45,777 nucleotides of DNA from Candidatus Nanohaloarchaea archaeon (GTDB taxonomy: Archaea; Nanohalarchaeota; Nanosalinia; Nanosalinales; Nanosalinaceae). Position numbers and translations under genes: made by a program. Under the pieces are notes generated by a model. The model had not been told where the DNA came from, did not search any database, and saw only the letters and a program-made list of their open reading frames with translations. Shown one piece after another: positions 8,289 to 17,314 of the stretch (positions are counted from its first letter, which is position 1; the number at the start of each line of letters is the position of its first letter). The stretch spans positions 1-45,777 of the forward strand of contig JBKHHG010000001.1 of the NCBI GenBank assembly GCA_046539225.1, given 5' to 3'.

Positions 8289-9284
8289 ATGGAAAAAGCA
8301 GTTGTCGCAGGAGCAGGGTTTGCAGGGATCCAGGCCGCGTTCTCACTGGCACGGAAAGGATACAACGTAGAGATAATCGACAGGTCTGAAAAACACGTCT
8401 TCAGGCCAGGACTCATCGACCTCGTAAGAAGAACTGGGAAAGAAAAAATCCAGGTAGATCTTGAAAAACTGTTTGAAGACAGTTCAGTAGACTTCTTTCA
8501 GGAAGAAATAACCTCGATAAACCCAGAAGAAAAAACCGTTGAAGCCGGCAGAACCCATGAATACGACTACCTTGTGCTTGCGCTCGGCGGCGAACCCATC
8601 ATCCCCGAAGGCCTCGAAGAAGCAAATATACCATACACGACAGAAGAGGCCTCAAAACTGGGAGAAATGGATGGATCAGCCGCGATCATCGGAGCAGGCT
8701 ACACAGGCCTTGAATACGGGTTTGAGCTCTCGGAGAAAGGCCTCGACGTTTCAGTCTTCGAGGCGGAGACCAGGCCTCTACCCGGTTTCTCCAGGAAAGT
8801 ATCGGAAAAAGTTCTGGACTCCTTACATGGAAAGCTGAAGTTTAGAGGCGGAAAACATATTTTCTCAGTGACGGATGGAAGAATAGAGTTTGAAGAAGGA
8901 GAGGAAAACTTCGACCACGTAATAGTCTGCATCGGCGTCAAGAGAAACTCGTTGATCGACAGATGCTTCGAAGACTTCAGGGTTAACTCAGGCCTATGCT
9001 GCGTTCAATACCCGGATATCTTCGCCGTCGGCGACTCAAGCTATGTAAACCGGAATACCGCCCACAACGCCATTATAGAGGGTAGAAAAGTCGCGGAAAA
9101 CATTGACAGGGATGAAAGCCAGGAGCTAAAACCTATCGAGGTGGAGCAGCCCGGCTTTCTGCTTTCAGCGGGGAAGACAGGCCTCTACATCAGAGGAGAC
9201 AGGGTCTTCAAGAGCAGAATCTTCCGGTACGTGAAGGACGCGGTGAGGAAACTCTACTTTTTCAGGCTGAGGAAAAAGGCCTGA
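8289..9284 (+). CDS. pyridine nucleotide-disulfide oxidoreductase family flavoprotein (NDH-2 / SQR-like)
   Basis: 331 aa. Two Rossmann motifs ('VVAGAGFAGIQAA', 'AAIIGAGYTGLEYG') and a C-terminal 'IFAVGDS'. Confidence 0.72.
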   Translation: MEKAVVAGAGFAGIQAAFSLARKGYNVEIIDRSEKHVFRPGLIDLVRRTGKEKIQVDLEKLFEDSSVDFFQEEITSINPEEKTVEAGRTHEYDYLVLALGGEPIIPEGLEEANIPYTTEEASKLGEMDGSAAIIGAGYTGLEYGFELSEKGLDVSVFEAETRPLPGFSRKVSEKVLDSLHGKLKFRGGKHIFSVTDGRIEFEEGEENFDHVIVCIGVKRNSLIDRCFEDFRVNSGLCCVQYPDIFAVGDSSYVNRNTAHNAIIEGRKVAENIDRDESQELKPIEVEQPGFLLSAGKTGLYIRGDRVFKSRIFRYVKDAVRKLYFFRLRKKA

Positions 9285-9294
9285 GGTAAAGAAC

Positions 9295-9813
9295 CTAATG
9301 TAGAGATGCCTCTCTTTTCTCAACATCCAGCGCGAAAAGTGCGTAGCCGACCTCCTCGGTGGAAAACTCTTTTTCCTTGCTGATTTTTCGAATTTTTTCA
9401 ATCATTTTCACGTAGTCAAAGGCGTCGAAGCTTTCCTTTCTCTCATTAAAGAATCCGAGTCTTTCAAGCGAGGCCCATACCCTTGTATCCACGACGGCGT
9501 GGCGCTCAGGATTCAAGACGGTTAAAATCACGGATGCAGTAGGAGCTTTAAAGCCTTTAAGAGAAGTTAGAAGCGCTATCTTCGAGAAATCGCCTTCAAC
9601 CCTCTCAAGATTGTTAATTACCTGGTCGCAGAGCTTTTCAGGGTTTTTCCTGACGTGGTGGGCGCTCCGGGTTGAGGCCTCATACGCAAGTTCGTAGAGA
9701 TCCTGCCGGGAAAGCTGCTTTCCTCGGTACTCCTCAAGTTTTTCCGGTAGAAGGCCTTGAGTCCGGGAGTAGTAGTCAAGATACCGGTCTATATCAAAAT
9801 CCTCGAGATCCAT
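9295..9813 (-). CDS. hypothetical protein (possible helix-hairpin-helix-like segment)
   Basis: 172-aa ORF. 'GFKAPTASVILTVLNPERHAVVDTRVW' resembles HhH segments of DNA-binding or glycosylase-like proteins, but this is a weak by-eye impression. Confidence 0.5.
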   Translation of the reverse strand: MDLEDFDIDRYLDYYSRTQGLLPEKLEEYRGKQLSRQDLYELAYEASTRSAHHVRKNPEKLCDQVINNLERVEGDFSKIALLTSLKGFKAPTASVILTVLNPERHAVVDTRVWASLERLGFFNERKESFDAFDYVKMIEKIRKISKEKEFSTEEVGYALFALDVEKREASLH

Positions 9814-9837
9814 AATTTACGAGAGAATCTAAAGGTT

Positions 9838-10725
9838 TTATCTCTGGCTTAAACGGTTCAAAATCAGTACTGCTGCACCGCCTATCAGACCGGCGACCAT
9901 AAACTCTGGTAGAACGTTTATCCATGAAAGGCCTTTCTCCGAGAGATGGGATGAAATCCTCAGTATCGGGGCTCTTAAAGAACCAGCGATCATTCCTATG
10001 AGGAACGCCATCGTGAGTTCCCTGCTGTACTCCAGGGCTTTTTTGACGATCTCCGCTGAAGTGAATAGGCCTGCAAGCGCTCCTGCTATAAATACTGTGA
10101 GGGTCAGGCCTGACTGGAGAAGGGTTTCGGTACTCTGTTGTGCCGCGGCTGATGTGAATCTGGATACTGTTCCAGTCATGTACTCGTACTGGCCCAGTAT
10201 CAGCAGGATCAGCGAGCCTGAGATTCCTGGTAAAACCATGGCGGTCACGGACAGGAAACCTGACAGAAAGATGAAATGCATCTGCGGCGTTAAAGCAGCG
10301 GAGCTGAGGCCTGAAACCGCGAACGCCAAAATAAAACCGAGTAGGCCTGAAGCAGCCGTTTGAAATGTTAAACCGGTTTTCCGGCCTACCACAGGGATTG
10401 AAGCCGCGATAACCCCAAAGAAAAATGCGTAGGTAACGGTCAGAAAGTTGGCTATCATGAAATCGACAAGATTCAAAGTTAGGAAGACCGCGGAAACAAT
10501 GCCTAGGCCGAGGACGCCGAGAAACTTTGATTCTTCATCCAGTGTAAGGCCTCGAAAGTTTTCCAGAACCATGGAAAAGCTGAGCGAGGTCAAGGCCTGT
10601 ATAAGCCGGCTGTATATCCCTGTTATAAATGCGATCGTGCCGCCGGAGATTCCCGGGACGGCGTCCGCAGCACCCATTGCACACCCCTTTAGATAGAGAA
10701 CGATCCACGGCTTCAGGCCTTCCAT
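9838..10725 (-). CDS. DUF368 family polytopic membrane protein (family implicated in undecaprenyl-phosphate recycling, PopT-like)
   Basis: 295 aa and very hydrophobic. Duplicated 'PGISGG(T/S)' motifs ('AVPGISGGTIAFITGIY', 'VLPGISGSLILLILG') are characteristic of DUF368. Confidence 0.8.
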   Translation of the reverse strand: MEGLKPWIVLYLKGCAMGAADAVPGISGGTIAFITGIYSRLIQALTSLSFSMVLENFRGLTLDEESKFLGVLGLGIVSAVFLTLNLVDFMIANFLTVTYAFFFGVIAASIPVVGRKTGLTFQTAASGLLGFILAFAVSGLSSAALTPQMHFIFLSGFLSVTAMVLPGISGSLILLILGQYEYMTGTVSRFTSAAAQQSTETLLQSGLTLTVFIAGALAGLFTSAEIVKKALEYSRELTMAFLIGMIAGSLRAPILRISSHLSEKGLSWINVLPEFMVAGLIGGAAVLILNRLSQR

Positions 10726-10750
10726 AACCCTGAATTTTGAGGCCTTGTTT

Positions 10751-12157
10751 TTAACCTTCCAGTATCTTCAGAAAAGCATCCAGTAAGCTGTAGAACTGTT
10801 CGATCAATCTGTTGAGGCCTGTACTTTCAAGTCTGCGCTCCGGAAGATCCATTCTTTCAACCTCTATCGAATCATTCCCCGAGTAATCCGCAGCCCTGAC
10901 CTCAAAGCTGTGACTGTTTAAATCGTCAAGACAGCTTTCAAACCTTTCACGAGTCTCTTCATTGCAGGGCTCGAGCTCTGCAACCTCTGAAAACCTGCTC
11001 CATTTTTCATCCGCTGAATCAGTTGTTGAACCGTCTACTTCTGTGTAAAGGGCTGATATATTGCCGTTTTCCATCAAGTAATTCTTGACTATTAGCTCGC
11101 CGTAGGCGTAGCCGAAGCTTCTCTCCTCATGCTCGGGCGACCAGTTCTTCATAAAGTCCTGATCGTTGCTATAGTAGTTCCAGAGCTTTTCACGGTCGCC
11201 ACGGGATGGAACCGTGTAACGGTAGCCGCCCTGAACATATGTCTCTTCTTCCCCAAAAAGCTGTCCAGGCCTCTCCTCGATCTCGCCTTCGCTGTACAGT
11301 TTTTTCTGCATCATTTTCTCAGCGTGTTTAGCGATTCCTTCCTCTATGTAAGACGTCCGTGTACGGTCCCAGTCAAGATAATCGTTGCTCAGGGCGTGTA
11401 CAGTTTCATGTGTTAAAACCATCTTCTCTTTATCATCATTCTTTCTCATATGTATTATTCCCGATCTGTAGAGGCCTGCACTCCATTCGAAACCGAGATC
11501 GCTGGAATCCTCGCTGTAAAGCGCTACAGGAATCTTTTGAAATCTGGGTTTAAGGCCTACCGTTCCGAGCGCAACCCTGTAACTGTCTGTAGAGTTTATA
11601 CTGCCGTTAAAGAACTCGTAGTACTCTGTAGTGTTGCCTCTGCCAAAGTTAAAGACAATATTTGCGGCTCCTTCCCCTTTAAATCTCATTTCATCGGTGA
11701 AGGAGGCCTGGAGGCCTCTGTTTGTATCGCCCGAGATCAAGTCTTCTGCTTTTACTATACCGGAGGTTTCATGGTCTTTGAAACCGGAGAACGATATTTC
11801 ACGGGTGTAAAGACCTTGCTTTATTTCTTCGGCGTCTCTGTTGATTCGGTAGTTTATCTTGACTGTTTCATTGGTTCTTTTCGGGCCTTTATTGGTTTTC
11901 AGCTGGAGCAGGCCTGATTCAAGGCTGTAGTCCTCTATCTCTCCGAGTGAGTCGTTTATCTGGTTGATCTCCGATCCTTCCGGCATACGATACCTAAGGC
12001 TCCAAGTGTTGACTCCTTCCTCTGATTCAAGGCCTATGGTTGTATTCAGTTGTATCTGGTCTCTGTCGGCGTCGAGGGAGTGAAAGCTCTGGGACGCCGC
12101 GAAACCCGAGAATACAAGCGCTGCGGACAGCAGGGTTAGAAGGGTTCTGGTCTTCAT
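10751..12157 (-). CDS. secreted putative zinc metalloprotease (HExxH)
   Basis: 468 aa. Sec-type signal 'MKTRTLLTLLSAALVFSGFAASQS' and an HExxH motif 'LTHETVHAL', followed by 'YIEEGIAKH'. The family is not recognised beyond the motif. Confidence 0.6.
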   Translation of the reverse strand: MKTRTLLTLLSAALVFSGFAASQSFHSLDADRDQIQLNTTIGLESEEGVNTWSLRYRMPEGSEINQINDSLGEIEDYSLESGLLQLKTNKGPKRTNETVKINYRINRDAEEIKQGLYTREISFSGFKDHETSGIVKAEDLISGDTNRGLQASFTDEMRFKGEGAANIVFNFGRGNTTEYYEFFNGSINSTDSYRVALGTVGLKPRFQKIPVALYSEDSSDLGFEWSAGLYRSGIIHMRKNDDKEKMVLTHETVHALSNDYLDWDRTRTSYIEEGIAKHAEKMMQKKLYSEGEIEERPGQLFGEEETYVQGGYRYTVPSRGDREKLWNYYSNDQDFMKNWSPEHEERSFGYAYGELIVKNYLMENGNISALYTEVDGSTTDSADEKWSRFSEVAELEPCNEETRERFESCLDDLNSHSFEVRAADYSGNDSIEVERMDLPERRLESTGLNRLIEQFYSLLDAFLKILEG

Positions 12158-12208
12158 AAATAGTTTTTTGTGTTCACTGATTAAAGGCTTCAGATTAATT
12201 TTTTCTAC

Positions 12209-12793
12209 ATGGCTATACTTTCGGACCAGGATTTGAAGAGAATTATTGAGGATAAAGACGCTGTGAAATGCGTTGAAGGCCCTGAAATTAATACTGACCT
12301 GCAGTTAGGCCCCTCTTCCTTTGATCTCAGGCTGGGTTACGAGTTCGGTACTGTGAACACTAGGGAAATTGAGTTAATTGACACTGTGGAAATGGATCGA
12401 TACAATGAAGTTATTAGACGGGAAAGGCATTCTGCTGAGGATGGCATGGTTGTACACCCTGGAGAGTTTGTACTGGGCAGCACCTTGGAAACAGTCAAAG
12501 TACCTGACGACCTTGCGGCAAGAGTGGAAGGCAGAAGTAGTTATGGAAGACTTGGAATCATTGTCCACGCCACAGCAGGCTATATTGACCCAGGTTTTAA
12601 GGGAGAAATAACTTTGGAGATTCAGAACTTGGGGAATGCTCCCGTAAAGCTTTACCCAGAGGAGAGAGTATGTCAAATAGTGTTCGAGACTATGACATCT
12701 GAAGCTTTGAAACCTTATGGCGAAAAAGCCGATTCAAAGTACATGAACCAGAAAGGCGCCACTGCCTCAAAACTAAGTAACGAAAAGAGATAA
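12209..12793 (+). CDS. dcd: dCTP deaminase (dUTPase superfamily)
   Basis: 194 aa. 'MAILSDQDLKRII', 'SSFDLRLG', 'EGRSSYGRLGI', 'AGYIDPGFKGEITLEIQN', 'ERVCQIVF'. Confidence 0.9.
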   Translation: MAILSDQDLKRIIEDKDAVKCVEGPEINTDLQLGPSSFDLRLGYEFGTVNTREIELIDTVEMDRYNEVIRRERHSAEDGMVVHPGEFVLGSTLETVKVPDDLAARVEGRSSYGRLGIIVHATAGYIDPGFKGEITLEIQNLGNAPVKLYPEERVCQIVFETMTSEALKPYGEKADSKYMNQKGATASKLSNEKR

Positions 12794-13000
12794 AGAGAGT
12801 TAAATACATCTTGTGTGGCAGACCCCTTCACCTGTCCTGGTGAAAGAATGGTCTGAGTTGACGCTGTTACCGCATACGAGACAAAAACCTACCTGTCTCT
12901 GAAGCTTCTGCAACTTTAACCCCTCCCACTTCAGTTTTGGGGAACAAGATTTTTAGTTTTTATCCCTCTGGTTTTTGAGTTTAGGCCTTAAAATTAAGGT

Positions 13001-13735
13001 ATGAGGCCTGTGGATTCTCACTGCCATCTCCAGTTCGAGCAGTTCGACACTGATCGGGAAGAAGTTGTCAAAAGTATCGAGGAAGGCCTGGATTCCGCGG
13101 TTGTCGCAGGCATAGATCCTGTTGAAAATGAAAAAGCGGTTGAGACCGCAGAAATGTCTTCACAACTTTCCTGCTGTTTAGGCCTCCACCCGCTGCACCA
13201 CGAAAAAAGCCTGGAAAAGGTTCGGCAGCAGATCCAGAGTTTTGATCCTGTGGCGGTGGGCGAGATAGGCCTCGACTACAACTACATAACCGGTAAAAAG
13301 GAAAGAGAGGAGACCGAGAAAGTTTTCAGGCGGATGCTTGAGATCACGGAGGAAGAGGGTTTAAACGCTGTAATCCATTCAAGAAACGCGGAACAGAAGG
13401 CCTTCGAGATAGTGAAAGAATACGATGTCACAGGTTTTTTCCACTGCTTCAACGGCAGGCCTGAACTTGCCTCGGAAATAGCTGAGAAACACTTTGTCGG
13501 CGTGACCACACAGGTAGTAGACTCTACACGGGTCCGGAACATAGTCAAGGAAGTAGGCATGGACTCTATGCTTGTTGAAACCGATTCGCCGTATTTAGGC
13601 CTTGATGGGCGTAACACGCCGTTGAACGTTTCCCGGGTTGTAGACGAAATCGCGGATCTGAAGCAGCTGGAGCGTGAAAAAGTTGTTGAAGCTACACGAA
13701 GGAATTCGAGAAATTTTTTTGAGGCAGGTCATTAA
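13001..13735 (+). CDS. TatD family metal-dependent hydrolase/DNase
   Basis: 244 aa. 'VDSHCHL', 'VGEIGLDY', 'VIHSR', 'GFFHCFNG', 'LVETDSPYL'. Confidence 0.88.
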   Translation: MRPVDSHCHLQFEQFDTDREEVVKSIEEGLDSAVVAGIDPVENEKAVETAEMSSQLSCCLGLHPLHHEKSLEKVRQQIQSFDPVAVGEIGLDYNYITGKKEREETEKVFRRMLEITEEEGLNAVIHSRNAEQKAFEIVKEYDVTGFFHCFNGRPELASEIAEKHFVGVTTQVVDSTRVRNIVKEVGMDSMLVETDSPYLGLDGRNTPLNVSRVVDEIADLKQLEREKVVEATRRNSRNFFEAGH

Positions 13736-13770
13736 ATGTTTGGCTCACAATTTCTTTACAGTGTTGAAGA

Positions 13771-14235
13771 ATGGTTTTGGACAGAATCAAAAGCAGTGTA
13801 AACGGCGAACCCAACGTCGCTGTATACGTTGACGGGCCTAACGTCGTCAGAAAAGAGTTCGACCTTGATCTCGATAACTTGAGGAAAACAGTAGAAGAAC
13901 TGGGAAACCTCAAGGTCGGCAAAGTTTATCTCAACCAGTATGCTTCGCCCAAACTGATTGAAGCGATTGTATCGCAGGGTTTTGAAGCTGCTCAAGGCCT
14001 TGGAGGAGAGAAAGCCAAGGAGAGCGATGTTGATGTCTATATGGCGACCAGTGCAATGGAATCGGTTTTCAACGACGATATAGATGTTATTGTACTTGTT
14101 ACCAGAGATACAGACTTTTTACCGGTTATCCAGAAGGCGAAGGAGCAGGGTAAGGAGACTGTTATCGTAGGCATGGAGCCTGGGTTCTCCACAGCTCTTA
14201 AAAACGCGGCAGATCAGGTTGTTGAACTGGAATAA
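13771..14235 (+). CDS. NYN/LabA-like (DUF88) domain protein
   Basis: 154 aa. 'VAVYVDGPNV', 'DVDVYMA', 'VIVLVTRDTDFLPVIQKAKEQGKETVIVG'. This is the second NYN gene in the window. Confidence 0.8.
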   Translation: MVLDRIKSSVNGEPNVAVYVDGPNVVRKEFDLDLDNLRKTVEELGNLKVGKVYLNQYASPKLIEAIVSQGFEAAQGLGGEKAKESDVDVYMATSAMESVFNDDIDVIVLVTRDTDFLPVIQKAKEQGKETVIVGMEPGFSTALKNAADQVVELE

Positions 14236-14552
14236 TGTTAAGGCCTGATCCTGTCGGTTTATTCGATATTTTTTCAGCAACTTTTGTGCTTTTCACGGCT
14301 TCTGCTCTTCCCGAGAACTTTCTGCATCTTCATGCAGGTTTCCTCTATTTTAAAGGCGTGGGAACTTTGTTAAGGCCTAATATCTTGCCTATGCCGGTTT
14401 TCTACCTGGGTGGTATGGCGGACGTTTTGAGCGCAGCTATAATATTTACAGGGGATCCGGCGTTTCTCTCCGGCTACAAGAATATTATCGCGGGCGTGCT
14501 GTTTGTCAAAGGTTTTCTGGTCTTCCCGAGTATGCTGAAGTTTCTATCCTAA
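14235..14552 (+). CDS. small hypothetical membrane protein (about 3 TM segments)
   Basis: 105 aa and hydrophobic. Its start overlaps the previous stop (TAATG). Confidence 0.5.
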   Translation: MLRPDPVGLFDIFSATFVLFTASALPENFLHLHAGFLYFKGVGTLLRPNILPMPVFYLGGMADVLSAAIIFTGDPAFLSGYKNIIAGVLFVKGFLVFPSMLKFLS

Positions 14553-15043
14553 CGTTGCAGCGACTGGTTGATTCTTTTCAGGAGCTCGATCATCTGCTGG
14601 TTCTGGGCCTTTAAGTCCTCTATATCGTCGCGTGTTGCCTGGACGGACTGGCTGTTCTCCCGTCGCTCGTTTTTGGGGTTTAGGCCTGCGTTCTCCATCT
14701 TTTTCCGTGTGTTGCTGCTGAGCTGTGGAGAGTCTGAGCCCTGTTGAGGCCTTCCTGCCTGAGGATTAGGTAAGTCGTTGCCACCTCTCTGTCTCCCTGT
14801 CGAGCTTTGAGGCTGCGAACGAGAGTTCTGGCGGCGTTGATCTCCGGAGTTCTGTGCCGGGGGCTGTTCCCGGGACTGCCTCCCTGATCTCTTACCCCCG
14901 CCTAACTCCGAGTCGAAATCCGTTGAGGACTCAAAACCGGAGCCTGAGTCAAGGCCTGAACCTGTATCAGTGCCGGAGTTGCGTTGAGAATCTTTGTTAC
15001 TGGAGCCTGAGACCGAGTCCTTTATATCGTCCAAGACACTCAT
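14549..15043 (-). CDS. hypothetical low-complexity S/G/Q/R-rich protein with a C-terminal coiled-coil helix
   Basis: 164 aa. Long polar/basic region ('RQSREQPPAQNSGDQRRQNSRSQPQSSTGRQRGG') followed by 'DDIEDLKAQNQQMIELLKRINQSLQR'. Coding status is supported only by ORF length and position. Confidence 0.5.
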   Translation of the reverse strand: MSVLDDIKDSVSGSSNKDSQRNSGTDTGSGLDSGSGFESSTDFDSELGGGKRSGRQSREQPPAQNSGDQRRQNSRSQPQSSTGRQRGGNDLPNPQAGRPQQGSDSPQLSSNTRKKMENAGLNPKNERRENSQSVQATRDDIEDLKAQNQQMIELLKRINQSLQR

Positions 15044-15079
15044 GGTTATAGCTTGTTGCGCCGCGTTTTAACCTTTTTC

Positions 15080-17314
15080 CTATGCAAGGCCTTTCCTCTT
15101 CCTCAAACCGACGAACGCCAGGTAAGACAGCAGCACTGTTACCAGCAAGTAAGGCCTCAGGTCCGTGGTTTTCTCCTCCTTCAGTTCCTCGGATTCAAGG
15201 CCTTCAAAGAACTCTTCAAGATCTTCTTCAGTGTAAACTCTTCCGTCAACAGTGACTTCTGAAAGCTTTCTCTCGTTGTACCCGACCCTCTCGATTTCAG
15301 GCCTGTAGTTCTTCGAGTACGTCACGTTCCCGGACGAGTAAAAGCCTGTCTGCCCTGGGTTCAGGTCTTTGACGTACCGATTGGCGGATCTCCGGGTAAA
15401 GTTCTGCTTCTCATTTCTCGAAACAATTTTGAAGTCGTCGCCCTGCCTTGAGCCCTCGACCCAGATCTGTCTTTCTTCAGGCCTTGTGCTCCAGGAAAAG
15501 GTTCTCCCGACGAGGCCTGGCTCTTTCCCGATCGATGCGTCCAGATGCTGGTTGTCGCCGGAGAACGCGGCCACCCTTCCGAGCCCGTATCTCCAGGTTG
15601 TGAGGAAGGGCTTCCCGCTTGAAGTCGAGACCGGCTGCGAAGACGAGCTCAAAGCCTCTGTCGAGTCAATATCAGAGATAGAGGCCTGAGGCCGATAGTT
15701 TTCGGTGATGAAATGTGTGGAGTCTGTGACCTTGAGCGTTTCCTGACTTGAAGATCCGCCTCCAGCCGAAAAATTGAAGTTCAGGCTGTCTTTTCTTCCA
15801 TCCACGTAGTATCCTCCAGGAGATTCCTCTGCAAGTTCTTTCAGGAACTTTTCGCCTTCTTCACTCGGGCTTGTAAACCCGCTGTCTACTCCAACCGTTA
15901 TCATTCTTCCGTCAAGGATGGAGGCCTCTCTAAGAAGTTTTCTTCGTTCTTCGGCCTGGTCTCCGACTGCTGGCGGTATCTCGCCGTTTGAGATCATTAA
16001 AAGGTTTCCATCGGCTTCAAAGCTTGAGAGCAGTGAGTTGGCGTTTATCAGGCCTCTGCTGTGGTAGGCGGCTGCGGATTTAGGCCTGATGCTGGAGATA
16101 TCTTTCAGGACTTCTTTCCGGTGGGTGCCGAGGAGTCGAGGCTTTTCAATCCCTGCAGAGTATACTCTGTCGGCGTAAGGCATCAGGCTTACACGGGAGT
16201 TTCCAGGAAGTTTTTCGACTATCTCGTAGGCCAGTCTTATCGACATTCCAAGGTTATCCTGGTCCGGGTTTTCCTCGAAGTCGTCTCCTGTAGCGCACCA
16301 TCCCTCGCTTACACAGCCCATGTTCTGCGACACATCCATCAGTAAAACGACGACAGGGGCATCAGTTCTTGAATCATCGCTAACCTGGTCTACAGGAAGA
16401 TAGCCTGGGCTGTAGTCGTTTCCGGTGTAGACAAGGCCTCCTCCCTCCACAATATAGTCTTCAAGCTTTTGGCTCTGCACAGGTTTTTTCAGCAACAGTG
16501 TATCGTAGTCGAGCTCGGCAGGAAGAGAATTAAAGGAATCAACGCTGTAAAAACCTTCCAGTTCCTGCTCAAGGCCTCCTTCAGGACCGATAGAAGCCAT
16601 ATCAGGTTTTTCCCTGACTCTTACAGTTTTGAAGTACTCATTGTTTTCGCTGAACTCGTCTTCAGCTTCAATCTCCGCCCAGATCTTTCTGTAACCGTTT
16701 TTATCGAAGCTCCTGTTGAATTTATAAGGCGGCTCTCCCGTGTAGAGGGTTTCGTTTCCCAGTCCAACCTTCAACTCCGGGCTCTCTGAAGTAGAATCGA
16801 CCTCAACCTCGAAACGGTTTTCCGCACCTATAACAGTTTTTGAAGGACCTTCAATCCTTACAGCGTGCTCTTCCGCCATTTCTCCCCTGAAAACGTTCGA
16901 TGAAACGTTCTCCCGCCGGAAGTGATCTTCAAGGCCTTCAATAGAGGACTGAAAGTCAGAGACAAAAAGCAAGTTGTCCCCAGGATCCACAACGTTCCTT
17001 ACCTGATCCCTGAAATCGTCTTGGTCGGAGTTAACAGACCTGAAAACCAGATCCGCCTCCTCGGTGGATAGATCAGGCCTTTCTATAAGGGAAGAACTCT
17101 CAGATGAGTCCTGTACAACTTTCACCTGCGGATTCGGTTCAACTTCACTATCCGCCGTCAACTGAGGGCCTGCAGCCGTCAATACAAGCAGTAAAGCCAC
17201 AAAGAGATTTAAAAAAGCTATAACCTTTTTATCGCGAATTTTAAACGCTTTGAGGCCTAAAGCCACGATTAAAACAATTAAAACCAAAATTTCGGGGTTC
17301 TGAAAGCTTATCAC
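15080..17314 (-). CDS. membrane-anchored von Willebrand factor A (vWA) domain protein with a BatA-like N-terminal domain
   Basis: 744 aa with a GTG start in a GTGA overlap. N-terminus 'MISFQNPEILVLIVLIVALGL' resembles the aerotolerance BatA_N double-TM domain. vWA/MIDAS-like 'VVVLLMDVSQNMG ... LLMISNGE'. C-terminal TM 'YLLVTVLLSYLAFVGL'. Confidence 0.7.
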   Translation of the reverse strand: MISFQNPEILVLIVLIVALGLKAFKIRDKKVIAFLNLFVALLLVLTAAGPQLTADSEVEPNPQVKVVQDSSESSSLIERPDLSTEEADLVFRSVNSDQDDFRDQVRNVVDPGDNLLFVSDFQSSIEGLEDHFRRENVSSNVFRGEMAEEHAVRIEGPSKTVIGAENRFEVEVDSTSESPELKVGLGNETLYTGEPPYKFNRSFDKNGYRKIWAEIEAEDEFSENNEYFKTVRVREKPDMASIGPEGGLEQELEGFYSVDSFNSLPAELDYDTLLLKKPVQSQKLEDYIVEGGGLVYTGNDYSPGYLPVDQVSDDSRTDAPVVVLLMDVSQNMGCVSEGWCATGDDFEENPDQDNLGMSIRLAYEIVEKLPGNSRVSLMPYADRVYSAGIEKPRLLGTHRKEVLKDISSIRPKSAAAYHSRGLINANSLLSSFEADGNLLMISNGEIPPAVGDQAEERRKLLREASILDGRMITVGVDSGFTSPSEEGEKFLKELAEESPGGYYVDGRKDSLNFNFSAGGGSSSQETLKVTDSTHFITENYRPQASISDIDSTEALSSSSQPVSTSSGKPFLTTWRYGLGRVAAFSGDNQHLDASIGKEPGLVGRTFSWSTRPEERQIWVEGSRQGDDFKIVSRNEKQNFTRRSANRYVKDLNPGQTGFYSSGNVTYSKNYRPEIERVGYNERKLSEVTVDGRVYTEEDLEEFFEGLESEELKEEKTTDLRPYLLVTVLLSYLAFVGLRKRKGLA

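Noticed and set aside
12036-12982. AGGCCT-free stretches of 800-950 bp (12036-12982 including dcd; 27159-28020; 32591-33477; 44533-45328) as possible horizontally acquired islands.
   Set aside because: With a mean spacing of about 200 bp, a Poisson process over about 230 intervals predicts roughly four gaps longer than 800 bp, which is what I see. The gaps alone are not evidence of foreign origin.
12794-13000. Split-tRNA half or tRNA-like element in the dcd-tatD spacer (considered because split tRNAs occur in some DPANN archaea).
   Set aside because: There is no T-loop (GTTCRANYC-like) or D-arm signature, and no acceptor-stem-like terminal pairing.
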